The notes: generated from the letters alone by a model not told the origin. A stretch of DNA of 64,000 nucleotides from Bacteroidota bacterium (GCA_035362335.1 DAOSDL010000005.1:12708-76707), one strand, 5' to 3'. Positions 1 through 8,635 are shown, numbered from the stretch's first letter. A program made the numbers and translations.

Positions 1-307
1 TCATCGTCTCCAGAATACGCAATTGATCGATGAGCACTTTCTGAATTTCGATCACGCGCTGCAGGCGGTTGACGCACACGCCGATGTCGGTTTCGGGAAC
101 CCGCTCGCGCGAGAGCAAGGCGATGACGGAATCCATTTCAAACAACACCTGCTTGAACCACAGCTCGTAGGCCTGATGCACCACGATGAACAGCATTTCG
201 TCGTGCGCGGGTTTGCCGTACTCCTCGCTTTTTCTGTGTTGGCTGTCGAGCAGGGTGTCGAGGCGCAGATAATCGGCGTAGTATATCGAGGGATAGGGTT
301 TGTCCAT
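1..307 (-). CDS. kynA: Tryptophan 2,3-dioxygenase, N-terminal ~102 codons; the gene runs off the window edge at position 1
   Basis: ATG at 307 (complement of cat 305-307). Hand translation: MDKPYPSIYYADYLRLDTLLDSQHRKSEEYGKPAHDEMLFIVVHQAYELWFKQVLFEMDS..., which matches the conserved TDO N-terminus (YxDYLxLDxLL...HQxYELWFKQ). The reading frame continues past position 1. This ORF is not in the ORF track because it is truncated. Confidence 0.8.
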   Translation of the reverse strand, partial: MDKPYPSIYYADYLRLDTLLDSQHRKSEEYGKPAHDEMLFIVVHQAYELWFKQVLFEMDSVIALLSRERVPETDIGVCVNRLQRVIEIQKVLIDQLRILETM

Positions 308-322
308 GTGCGTTCTCTTTCT

Positions 323-1711
323 TCACATGCCCGCGTCATCGGCGAAGGGCGGGAGCGTTGCGGTGATGAGACGGCGTGCAGCGTCGAGATCGATATCTTC
401 GATGCGCGCGACGCCCTCGGTGAGTTGTTCGAGTATGCGCTGTTGCAGCAATCCCCGCCGCAGCGCGGTGGCATAGGGCAACAGATGGAAGGAGACCATC
501 GAATACATGGGCACGAAATAGTCGGGAAAATGCCGCTCCAGCACGAGACCGGCGCGCTTCATGAAGAGGAAGCGCGGGTCGGCGACGAGGTCGCGCATTT
601 CAATGAAATTCCGCAGTGCCATGTCCGCGATGGCGTCGGCATTGTCCTTGCGGCGATGCTGCACCTCGGCGAAGACGCGCGCCCAGTCGGCGCCGTGCCG
701 TTCGATGGCGTGGTCCAACGCCACGCAATCCTCGAAGGCGCAGTTCATTCCCTGCCCGAAGAACGGCACGATGGCGTGCGCGGCATCGCCCAGCAGCAGG
801 GCCTTGCCTTCCGCATGCCAACGGTCCACGCGCACAGTGCCCAGATGTCCGGTGGGATTGGCGAAAAACTCCTCCTCCAGTTGCGGCATCAAGGCGAGCG
901 CGTCGGGGAAGTACTGCGCGAAGAAGCTCCGTACGGTCGCCGCGTCGCGCAAGCTGTCGAAGGAGGTGTCGCCCTCACGTTGGAGAAACAGCGTGCAGGT
1001 GAAGGTACGGTCGGGATTGGGCAGGGCGATCATCATGAACGAGCTGCGCGGCCAGATGTGCAGCACATCCGCTTCCATGCGGAACGCACCGTCGGGTCCG
1101 GGATGAATGGTCAGCTCCTTGTACCCGTGCTCGAGCATGTCCTGCGTACACCGATGCCCGCCGCGTCGCAGCATGGCGTCGCGCAGCGCGGAGGCGGCGC
1201 CGTCGGTGCCGATCACGGTTGCTCCCGACACGTGCTGTTGTTCGCCGCTGCGCTCGTCCACGAACAGTGCGCCGCATGCGTCCACATCCACATCCTCGCA
1301 GCGCTGCGAGAAATGCAGGGCCACGGACGGCAGCGCTTCCGCGGCGCTCAACAGGCGCTTGTTCAATTCCGCGCGCGACACAGAGTGAATCACCTCCTCG
1401 GGCCGCTGACCGTAGGGTTGGAAGGTGCGTGTACCGTCCACCGCGTGCATCATGCGTCCACGCATGGGAATGGCGATGGAGAGAATGTCGCGGTCGAGCC
1501 CCACGCGCGCCAGTGCGTCGATACCGCGCGCCGACAGCGCGAGATTGATGGAGCGTCCCGCGCCTGGCGTGCCGCCACGAGGGTCGGGTCGCCGCTCGAA
1601 GGCCCGCACGGCGATGCCTCGGCGCGCAAGGAACACGGCGAGCAGCGAGCCGGCCAGGCCCGCGCCGATCAGGGTCACCGGTGCATGCTGCGTCATTCCG
1701 TTTGTCTCCAT
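323..1711 (-). CDS. kmo: Kynurenine 3-monooxygenase (FAD-dependent)
   Basis: 462 aa. N-terminal FAD GxGxxG motif (IGAGLAGSLLAVFLARRG). Conserved GDAAHAIVPFFGQGMNCAFEDC flavin-monooxygenase motif typical of KMO. Sits 16 nt upstream of kynA on the same strand. Confidence 0.88.
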   Translation of the reverse strand: METNGMTQHAPVTLIGAGLAGSLLAVFLARRGIAVRAFERRPDPRGGTPGAGRSINLALSARGIDALARVGLDRDILSIAIPMRGRMMHAVDGTRTFQPYGQRPEEVIHSVSRAELNKRLLSAAEALPSVALHFSQRCEDVDVDACGALFVDERSGEQQHVSGATVIGTDGAASALRDAMLRRGGHRCTQDMLEHGYKELTIHPGPDGAFRMEADVLHIWPRSSFMMIALPNPDRTFTCTLFLQREGDTSFDSLRDAATVRSFFAQYFPDALALMPQLEEEFFANPTGHLGTVRVDRWHAEGKALLLGDAAHAIVPFFGQGMNCAFEDCVALDHAIERHGADWARVFAEVQHRRKDNADAIADMALRNFIEMRDLVADPRFLFMKRAGLVLERHFPDYFVPMYSMVSFHLLPYATALRRGLLQQRILEQLTEGVARIEDIDLDAARRLITATLPPFADDAGM

Positions 1712-1732
1712 AGTTCTCTCATCCCGGCCATA

Positions 1733-3031
1733 TTACACGGCGCTATCGCGCCAGAAGGTGTGAAAGGCGTCCGCCAGGCGCCACACATCCTCGAAGGTGT
1801 TGTACATCGGTACCGGTGCGGCGCGTATCACATCGGGCTCGCGCCAGTCGCAGACAATGCCCTGCCGGTGCAGATGGTCGAAGCAGGCGCGGCCGCGTTC
1901 GTGCAGGCGGATGGAAAGCTGGCATCCCCGCTGTTCCGGATCGGCGGGTGTGATAATCGACCAGGTGTCGCGCTGCCCGGCGCGCAGGAGTTGTTCGAGC
2001 CAGCCGGTGAGGCGCAGGCTTTTCGCGCGCAGCGCGGGCATGCCCGCTTCCTCGAACAGCGCCAGCGAAGCGCGCAACGCGGCCATGGGCAGCACGGCCG
2101 GATTACTCAACTGCCACCCGTCGGCGCCCGGGGCGGGCATGAATTGCCGTGGCATGGCAAAACGCGTGGCGGGGTCGTGCCCCCACCAGCCGCTGAAGCG
2201 GGGGAGGTCCGGCGCATGCTCATGCCGCGCGTGCACGAAACATGCGGCTGTGCCGCCGGGGCCGGAGTTGAGGTATTTGTACGAACACCACACCGCGAAG
2301 TCCGCATTCCATTCGTGCAGGTGCAGGGGAACATTGCCCGCCGCATGGGCCAGATCGAGGCCGGCCACCATACCTGCCGCATGCGCCGCGTCGATCAGAG
2401 CGGGAATGTCGAACAACTGTCCGTTGTAATAATTCACACCGCCCAGCAACAGCATCGCCGCCTCGTCGCGATACAGATGGATGAGGTCCAGCGCACGCTG
2501 CCTGTCGAAGAGTCCATCCTCGCTGAGGGGAAGCTCGATCAGATCGTGCTCCGGATCGCAGCCGTGAAAGCGCAACTGCGACATCACCGCGTATTGGTCG
2601 GAGGGAAAGGCCTTTTCCTCGATGATGATTTTCCGCCGGCGGCCTTCGGGACGGTAGAAGGAAACGAGCAGCAAATGCAGATTCACCGTCAACGTGTTCA
2701 TCGCCACCACCTCCGAGGGCAGCGCGCCCACAATGCGCGCCAGCGGTGCGGCGACCTCCTCGTGCGTGCGCATCCACGGATGCGGGCCGTCGAAATGTCC
2801 GTCCACGGCCAGGCGCGCCCAGGTGTCGAGCTCGGTGAGAAGCTCAGCTTCGGTTGCCCGGGGTTGCAGGCCGAGAGAGTTGCCGCTGAAATAGGCGATC
2901 TCGCGTCCCTCCGCATCCAGCGGAACGTGGAAGCGCGGACGAAGCGTGGGAAAGGCGTCGCCGTGGTCGAGCATGCGGGCGTGTTCGAGCGTGGCGGTCG
3001 CGTGCGATGAATACGTGGGCGGTGCTGTCAT
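1733..3031 (-). CDS. kynU: Kynureninase (PLP-dependent)
   Basis: The track ORF 1733..3844 carries a spurious N-terminal extension. The real start is MTAPPTYSS at 3031, preceded by a GGAG ribosome-binding site. Kynureninase-like motifs are present, including SYKYLNSGPGG. The start overlaps the upstream gene stop as ATGA (3028-3031). Confidence 0.88.
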   Translation of the reverse strand: MTAPPTYSSHATATLEHARMLDHGDAFPTLRPRFHVPLDAEGREIAYFSGNSLGLQPRATEAELLTELDTWARLAVDGHFDGPHPWMRTHEEVAAPLARIVGALPSEVVAMNTLTVNLHLLLVSFYRPEGRRRKIIIEEKAFPSDQYAVMSQLRFHGCDPEHDLIELPLSEDGLFDRQRALDLIHLYRDEAAMLLLGGVNYYNGQLFDIPALIDAAHAAGMVAGLDLAHAAGNVPLHLHEWNADFAVWCSYKYLNSGPGGTAACFVHARHEHAPDLPRFSGWWGHDPATRFAMPRQFMPAPGADGWQLSNPAVLPMAALRASLALFEEAGMPALRAKSLRLTGWLEQLLRAGQRDTWSIITPADPEQRGCQLSIRLHERGRACFDHLHRQGIVCDWREPDVIRAAPVPMYNTFEDVWRLADAFHTFWRDSAV

Positions 3032-3849
3032 TGCTCCGGAGAAATGGGGTAGAGAATCGGACGGCTGGGTGTCGCATCGGAGACGAACGCGGCAATCTGC
3101 AAGTTGAGCAAATAACGGCCATCCGGTACATGATCCGGAATATAGACCATTTCCGTGATGGTGCGAAGCCGGGGCGCGCCAACGGCGACGCGCTGCTGAC
3201 CGACGGGCATTTGCCAGAACGCGTGATGCGCGAGCATCTCGCCGCCATCGTCGTCGCGGTCCAGCGATGGCACATCCACCAGCAGATGGCGCACGTCGCG
3301 TTCGACAAGGCATTGCACCGCCTCCACAGTGAAATACGGTGCGCGTTGCCGCGTGTAATGGCGCGTGCGCTTGCTCTCGGGATTGGGCAGCGTGCGAATG
3401 ATCACGGCCTGGCCGAAGGAAATGTCCTGCGACTCCAGCGCGTGCCGCAACGCGGTGGCCGTGATCAGCGTGTCGTCGGATGTGGCGTTGTGCGCGGCGC
3501 TTTCGTGCGAGGCGGCGGCGGGCACCAGCACGGCGCTGACGAGTGTCGCCGGAATGAGCGAGCCAGGCAACACATCGGTGACGGGGATGCGCTCGACGGT
3601 GAGATGCCCGACGCATTCGGTGTGCGTGCCGTTGCAATGCGGCGTGAGAACGAGGGTTTCGACGTTGCAGCTCCCGCCGAGACGGGTGTCGCCCACGAGC
3701 GATCCCGCGCGCAACGCCTCGGCATGCGCGTCCGCAACACCGTAGGCGTTGGGTTGCGCGCCGTGGAAGTCGAGCGGGATGGCGATGCTGATGCCGGCAT
3801 CGAGGTCGGCATCGAATCGCGCCTGGCCGATGGTGATGGTGCAAATCAT
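3028..3849 (-). CDS. Cyclase-family protein, putative kynurenine formamidase (divergent KynB-like)
   Basis: 273 aa. Cyclase-family hallmarks are TPHCNGTHTECVGH (a variant of HxGTHxDxPxH), LLVDVPSLDRDDDG, and a C-terminal PDGRYLLNLQ region. ATGA overlaps at both ends (3846-3849 and 3028-3031). Lies inside the kynurenine operon. Confidence 0.6.
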   Translation of the reverse strand: MICTITIGQARFDADLDAGISIAIPLDFHGAQPNAYGVADAHAEALRAGSLVGDTRLGGSCNVETLVLTPHCNGTHTECVGHLTVERIPVTDVLPGSLIPATLVSAVLVPAAASHESAAHNATSDDTLITATALRHALESQDISFGQAVIIRTLPNPESKRTRHYTRQRAPYFTVEAVQCLVERDVRHLLVDVPSLDRDDDGGEMLAHHAFWQMPVGQQRVAVGAPRLRTITEMVYIPDHVPDGRYLLNLQIAAFVSDATPSRPILYPISPEQ

Positions 3850-4862
3850 CGGATAAAACGCTCCTTGGTTAAGCCGAGCCAGTGGAGGGCGTTCTCGCCA
3901 AGCAACTTTTGCTTGACGGTGTTCGGAAGTTCATCCATGGATTCGATCAATGCGCCCGGAATGGCCTCGCCCAGAGGGAAGGGATAGTCCGAGCCGAGGG
4001 TGACGCGGTCTTCGCCCACGAGATCGATGATGTAGCGCAACATCACCGCGTCGTGCACGAGCGAATCGAGCCAGAAGCGCCCGAGGTAGGCGCGCGGCTG
4101 CACGGGGTTGTCGATGGCCACCAGGTCGGGCCGCACGTTGAAGCCGTGCTCAATGCGCCCGAGTGTTGCGGGGAAGGAGCCGCCGCCATGCGCGAAATTC
4201 ACGCGCAGACGGGGCAGGCGCTCGAGCACGCCGCCGAAAATCATCGAGCAAATCGCGAGCGAGGTTTCGGCCGGCATGGCCACCAGCCAGGGCAGCCAGT
4301 AGCGCTGCATGCGGTCGCGCCCCATCATGTCCCAGGGATGCACAAACACAGCGGCGCCCAGTTCCTGCGCCGCTTCGAAAAAGGGAAACAGTGCGGGTTC
4401 GTTGAGATTCCAGTCGTTGACATGCGTGCCGATTTCCACACCGGCCAGGCCGAGTTCCTTCACCGCGCGTTCGAGTTCGCGAATGGCGAGCGCGGGATCC
4501 TGCAAGGGCACGGTGCCGAGTCCCACGAAGCGCTGTGGATGCCCCGCCACCGTGGCCGCGATGTGATCGTTGAGATAGCGGGACAGATCATGACCGTGCT
4601 CGGGCTTGGCCCAGTAGCTGAACATCACGGGCACGGTGGACAACACCTGCACGTGTACTCCATGCGTGTCGCATTCGCCGATGCGCACGGCGGGATCCCA
4701 GGAATTCGGATGAAAGGTGCGGAAATGCTTGCAGTCCACGAACATGTCGGCCGCACCGTCGTCGCGCCGCTGCAACGCGGGGAAGCCGCCATACCCGTAG
4801 CGCTCGGCCAGATCGGGCCAGGACGGCGGGAGTATGTGAGTGTGTACGTCGACTTTCAGCAT
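3846..4862 (-). CDS. 2-amino-3-carboxymuconate-6-semialdehyde decarboxylase (ACMSD, amidohydrolase-2 family)
   Basis: 338 aa. Long stretches match ACMSD as I recall it from metazoan/Pseudomonas enzymes: MLKVDVHTHILPPSWPDL, STVPVMFSYWAKPE, YWLPWLVAMPAETSLAICSMIFGGV, FAHGGGSFP, LGSDYPFPLGE. Ribosome-binding site TGAGGA upstream of the ATG at 4862. Confidence 0.9.
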   Translation of the reverse strand: MLKVDVHTHILPPSWPDLAERYGYGGFPALQRRDDGAADMFVDCKHFRTFHPNSWDPAVRIGECDTHGVHVQVLSTVPVMFSYWAKPEHGHDLSRYLNDHIAATVAGHPQRFVGLGTVPLQDPALAIRELERAVKELGLAGVEIGTHVNDWNLNEPALFPFFEAAQELGAAVFVHPWDMMGRDRMQRYWLPWLVAMPAETSLAICSMIFGGVLERLPRLRVNFAHGGGSFPATLGRIEHGFNVRPDLVAIDNPVQPRAYLGRFWLDSLVHDAVMLRYIIDLVGEDRVTLGSDYPFPLGEAIPGALIESMDELPNTVKQKLLGENALHWLGLTKERFIR

Positions 4863-4937
4863 GCGTCCTCAGGTACTCGTTACAGGCGTGCGGGGAGTGC
4901 TTGGAAACGGGACCGGGCGGATGGCCGCGGCGAGCCC

Positions 4938-5462
4938 TCAGCGCGCGGGCACGGGCGCTTCCATCACCGCGCCGCATTGGCTGCAACGGCGCAGTTGTTC
5001 GGAGCCATAAAAACGCTCCATGATGGGTGGAAACTGCGTGACGATGTTTTCCAGCGTGAAATACTCCTCGTGCAACGGAGCATTGCATTGCTCGCAAAAC
5101 CAGAGAAATCCGTCCTGTTCACCCTCGCGGCGCTTGCGTTCGATTACCAGGCCCACGGTATTGGCCGGCCGTTGCGGCGAATGCGGCACGCGGGCGGGGA
5201 GGAGGAAGATCTCGCCCGGCCGCAGCTTCACCGCGCGACGCTCGCCATCCACGATGAGATGCAGCGTGATCTCGCCTTCGATTTGATAGAAAAACTCCTC
5301 GCCCTCGTTGTAATGGTAGTCCTTGCGGGCGTTGGGTCCGCCCACAATCATGACGATGAACTCCGCATTCTCGAACACCTGCAAGTTGCCCACCGGGGGT
5401 TTGAGCAAGTGGCGGTGTTCTTCTATCCATTGTTGAAGGTTGATGCCCTGTGATGTATACAT
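4938..5462 (-). CDS. 3-hydroxyanthranilate 3,4-dioxygenase (cupin)
   Basis: 174 aa. The cupin core (PNARKDYHYNEGEEFFYQIEGEITLHL) and the C-terminal Cys-rich rubredoxin-like segment (CEQC...CSQCG) are typical of HAAO/NbaC. Confidence 0.88.
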   Translation of the reverse strand: MYTSQGINLQQWIEEHRHLLKPPVGNLQVFENAEFIVMIVGGPNARKDYHYNEGEEFFYQIEGEITLHLIVDGERRAVKLRPGEIFLLPARVPHSPQRPANTVGLVIERKRREGEQDGFLWFCEQCNAPLHEEYFTLENIVTQFPPIMERFYGSEQLRRCSQCGAVMEAPVPAR

Positions 5463-5472
5463 GCGAACCTCG

Positions 5473-5886
5473 TCAAATCGTGGCGATACATTTCAACTCG
5501 ATGGCGATGGGGGTGGGGAGCGAGAGCACCTCCACGGTGGTGCGGCAGGGCCGGTTGTCCCGGAAATACTCCGCGTACACGCGGTTGAAGGTGGCGAAAT
5601 CCTTTTTCATGTCGGTGAGGAACACCGTCACATCCACAAGATTTTCCCAGGCCGCGCCGGCGTCCTCCAGCACGGCGCGCACATTGCGGAACACGCTGTG
5701 GCATTGCCGCTCGAAATCGTAGCTGATGACGCGGCCGTCCGCATCCACTTCCACGCCGGGCACGTCGTCGACGCCGCGTTCGCGCGGACCGATGCCCGAG
5801 AGAAACAGCAGATTGCCCACGCGACGCGCGTGCGGGTACAGGCCCACGGGCTCGGGAGCGGAGGAGGAGTGGATTTCCTCGTTCAT
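5473..5886 (-). CDS. RidA/YjgF-family protein, likely 2-aminomuconate deaminase
   Basis: RidA fold motifs are present (FLSGIGP, TVFLTDM, VEVLSLP). The ATG at 5886 overlaps the upstream ALDH stop as ATGA (5883-5886). The track start at 5910 is a GTG that lies upstream of this. Confidence 0.72.
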   Translation of the reverse strand: MNEEIHSSSAPEPVGLYPHARRVGNLLFLSGIGPRERGVDDVPGVEVDADGRVISYDFERQCHSVFRNVRAVLEDAGAAWENLVDVTVFLTDMKKDFATFNRVYAEYFRDNRPCRTTVEVLSLPTPIAIELKCIATI

Positions 5887-7397
5887 GGCGATGTTCCCAG
5901 ATGGATGCACACGTTGGTGGGTTCGGTGAAAAAGCGCAGCGCTTCCCAGCCGCCTTCGCGTCCGATGCCGCTCTGCTTCACGCCGCCGAAGGGCGTACGC
6001 AAATCACGCAGCATCCAGCAATTCACCCACACGATGCCCGCCTCCAGCGCGCCGGCAACGCGATGGGCGCGGAGCAGATCGCGCGTCCACAGCGACGCGG
6101 CGAGTCCGTAGGGCGTGGAGTTGGCGATGGCCAGCGCCTCTTCCTCGCTGTCGAAGGGCAGCAGCGTGACCACGGGACCGAAGATCTCTTCCTGATTCGT
6201 GCGGCACTGCGCCGACAGGCCGTCGATCACGGCGGGCGTGAGGAAGGCGCCACCGGCACAGCGGCCATCGGGCACGATGCGCTCACCGCCGCACAGCACC
6301 GTGCCACCCTCCTCGCGGGCAAGCTGCACATAGCTCAGGACTTTGTGGAGATGTTCCTCCGAAACCAAGGCGCCGATGCGCGTGTCGGGGTCCAGGGGAT
6401 CGCCCACACGCAGAGCGCGCACCTCGTCCACGAAGCGCGCGCGGAAGCGGTCGTACAAGCCGCGTTGCACGAGGATGCGCGAACCGCAAAGGCAGATTTC
6501 GCCCTGATTCGAGAAGGCCGAGCGCACGATGGTGGGCAGGATATCCTCCAGATCCACATCGTCGAAGACGATGGTGGGATTCTTGCCTCCCAGCTCCAGC
6601 GAGAGCTTTTTGAACATCGGCGCCGCCGTCGCGGCGATGGAGGCGCCGGTGCGCGTGCCGCCGGTAAAGGAAATAGCCGGCACATCCGGATGCGCGCAGA
6701 GGGGAGCGCCGACGTCCGCGCCGCGTCCATGCACGATGTTGAGCACGCCGGCGGGCAATCCGGCCTCGATGCACAGCTCCGCGAAGCGACCGGCGGTGAG
6801 CGGCGTCAATTCCGAGGGCTTGGCCACAACGCAACTGCCGGCGGCCAGCGCCGGGGCGATTTTCCAGGTGAAGAGGTACAGCGGCAGATTCCATGGTGAA
6901 ATGCAGGCCGCCACGGGTATGGGACGACGCAGCGTGTAGTTCAACGCCAGCGTATCGCTATGATGCGCCTCGTCGTGGTCGTGGAGAATGGCGGTGGCAA
7001 AAAATCGCAGATTGCGGGCCGCGCGCGGAATGTCCACCGTGCGCGCGAGCGTGAGCGGCTTGCCGTTGTCGCGCGATTCCAGCGCGGCGAGTTCTTCCAG
7101 ATGTTCTTCGACCAGGGTGGCGAGGCGCAGCAACAGCCGCGAACGCTGTTCCGCCGGTGTCGTGGCCCAGTGCCGTGCCTGTTGCGCCGCGCGGACGGCG
7201 GCGTCCACATCGCGGGCGTCGGATGCGGCCGCCATGGCGATGGTCGCGCCCGTCGCCGGCTCCAGCACGGGCAGCCAGTCGCCGCCTTCCGGATCCACCA
7301 ATGCGCCGCCGATGTAATTGCGAATGTAGTGCATGTCGTGCATCATGCGGACGCTTTCGCGACTGCGTTGCGCGCCGCCTGCTTTCTTTTGTGTCAT
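5883..7397 (-). CDS. NAD-dependent aldehyde dehydrogenase, likely 2-aminomuconate-6-semialdehyde dehydrogenase
   Basis: 504 aa. ALDH motifs present: ELGGKNP, FSNQGEICLCGSRILV, FGGVKQSGIGREGG. It is the first gene of the kynurenine operon. The N-terminus is uncertain (ATG at 7397 with no RBS, or an internal MM at about 7346). Confidence 0.85.
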   Translation of the reverse strand: MTQKKAGGAQRSRESVRMMHDMHYIRNYIGGALVDPEGGDWLPVLEPATGATIAMAAASDARDVDAAVRAAQQARHWATTPAEQRSRLLLRLATLVEEHLEELAALESRDNGKPLTLARTVDIPRAARNLRFFATAILHDHDEAHHSDTLALNYTLRRPIPVAACISPWNLPLYLFTWKIAPALAAGSCVVAKPSELTPLTAGRFAELCIEAGLPAGVLNIVHGRGADVGAPLCAHPDVPAISFTGGTRTGASIAATAAPMFKKLSLELGGKNPTIVFDDVDLEDILPTIVRSAFSNQGEICLCGSRILVQRGLYDRFRARFVDEVRALRVGDPLDPDTRIGALVSEEHLHKVLSYVQLAREEGGTVLCGGERIVPDGRCAGGAFLTPAVIDGLSAQCRTNQEEIFGPVVTLLPFDSEEEALAIANSTPYGLAASLWTRDLLRAHRVAGALEAGIVWVNCWMLRDLRTPFGGVKQSGIGREGGWEALRFFTEPTNVCIHLGTSP

Positions 7398-7600
7398 GAG
7401 AAATGAACAATCTCAAAATACACGACATGGCGAAAATCGCAAGCGTACGGGACGGATGAGGTCGCGGCATGTACTTCGCGATGCTACGGACTCCGTGGAG
7501 ATTGAATTCAAGCTCAAAACCACAGTCATTCATGTTCCTTCGTCACACCCGGGAGAATGAAAATGGTGCGGAGATTGGATTATTCGGATTCGACACGGTT

Positions 7601-8071
7601 TTAAAACCACGGATTTCGCAGATTATCCACAGATTAGCACAGATTATTCGTGGAAGTCCACAAGGATCCGAGCAGTAGCCGCAAGGAAAGCAATCCAACA
7701 CCTGTTGTCGAAAGTGACGCGAAACACGCGTACATTGCCTGCTGGGACAGCGGTGGTGCGGGTTGACTCCCGGCTACTACCGTCAAACTTTACTCTTTAC
7801 TCTTCACTCTTTACTCATCACCGCGCAGAAGCGCATGATGCAGGCAGCGACACTATTTTCAGAGCAGATTGCACGGATTGCACACAGATTAGCATAGATT
7901 ATTCGTGGAAGTCGGCGAGGTGCCGGGCGAATCGTCGCAGATGAAGCGATCAGACGCCCGCTGACAGCAGTGATGCGAATCGGCGTTTATTGCCTGCGGT
8001 GCCGGCGGGAGTACGGGTTGGCTCCTGCGACTACCGTCAAACTTTACTCTTTACTCTTCACTCTTTACTCA
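7601..8071. repeat. Imperfect tandem duplication (2 x about 215-245 bp) in a 700-bp ORF-free, AT-richer spacer
   Basis: Copy 1 is about 7601-7817 and copy 2 about 7861-8071. They share a near-identical head (cagattagcaYagattattcgtggaagtc) and an identical 41-bp tail (ctaccgtcaaactttactctttactcttcactctttactca). The tail on the other strand reads as four GAGTRAA heptads. An exact TTATCCACA sits at 7623-7631. Confidence 0.6.
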
Positions 8072-8109
8072 ACGCATCACTGCGCAACCGACATGCCGAT
8101 GCGGCAGGG

Positions 8110-8562
8110 TCACGAAATGAAGCGGATGCTCAGCGGGTAGCGATAGGCCTCGCCGCGGTAGCTGCGCACGGACGCCACGATGACGAGGACGAGATTGGTG
8201 ATGCCGAGCGCGATCATCAGCAACAGCGAGAGACCGGCCGTGACCCCGAGTCCGAACACGCTCTCCTGCACGGCTGCCGACAGCATGCCGGTGACAAACA
8301 CCACCATCAGCACGATGAAGTAGATGGTCATGCTGATCTGGAAATTCATGGATTCCTTGCCCTGATCGTTCACCAGCGGCATCTCATCCTTTTTCATCAA
8401 CCACACGGTGAGCGGACCGAAAATGTGACCGAAGGGAACGATCACCGATGCGAATGTGGACAGGTGGCAGAGCATGCCCCAGGTGTGGATTTGATCTTCG
8501 CGCATGCGTGCCAACTGTGCGGCGACATCCTGCGTCGCTTGTTCCTGCGTGCCGTCGTTCAT
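8110..8562 (-). CDS. Small membrane protein (DUF4870-like)
   Basis: 150 aa with about 3-4 hydrophobic helices. ATG at 8562. Confidence 0.55.
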   Translation of the reverse strand: MNDGTQEQATQDVAAQLARMREDQIHTWGMLCHLSTFASVIVPFGHIFGPLTVWLMKKDEMPLVNDQGKESMNFQISMTIYFIVLMVVFVTGMLSAAVQESVFGLGVTAGLSLLLMIALGITNLVLVIVASVRSYRGEAYRYPLSIRFIS

Positions 8563-8635
8563 GTCGATCTCCTTGTGCTATGTGAATTGCTGCCGCTTCC
8601 GAGCGTCAGTGCGGTCGAAGCGCCCGCGTGCATCG

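Noticed and set aside
23-3010. 995-aa plus-strand ORF spanning the kynA, kmo and kynU loci
   Set aside because: It lies antisense to three well-supported genes with strong homology-type motifs. It is Arg/Ala/Gly-rich, low-complexity translation typical of open antisense frames in 65-70% GC DNA.
7398-8109. Chromosomal replication origin (oriC) suggested by the exact TTATCCACA box and the AT-rich repeat region
   Set aside because: Only one exact DnaA box is present. No dnaA, dnaN, gidA or parAB is nearby. No clear AT-rich 13-mer unwinding element was found. DnaA-like boxes also occur in ordinary promoters. I keep it as a regulatory or ncRNA candidate instead.
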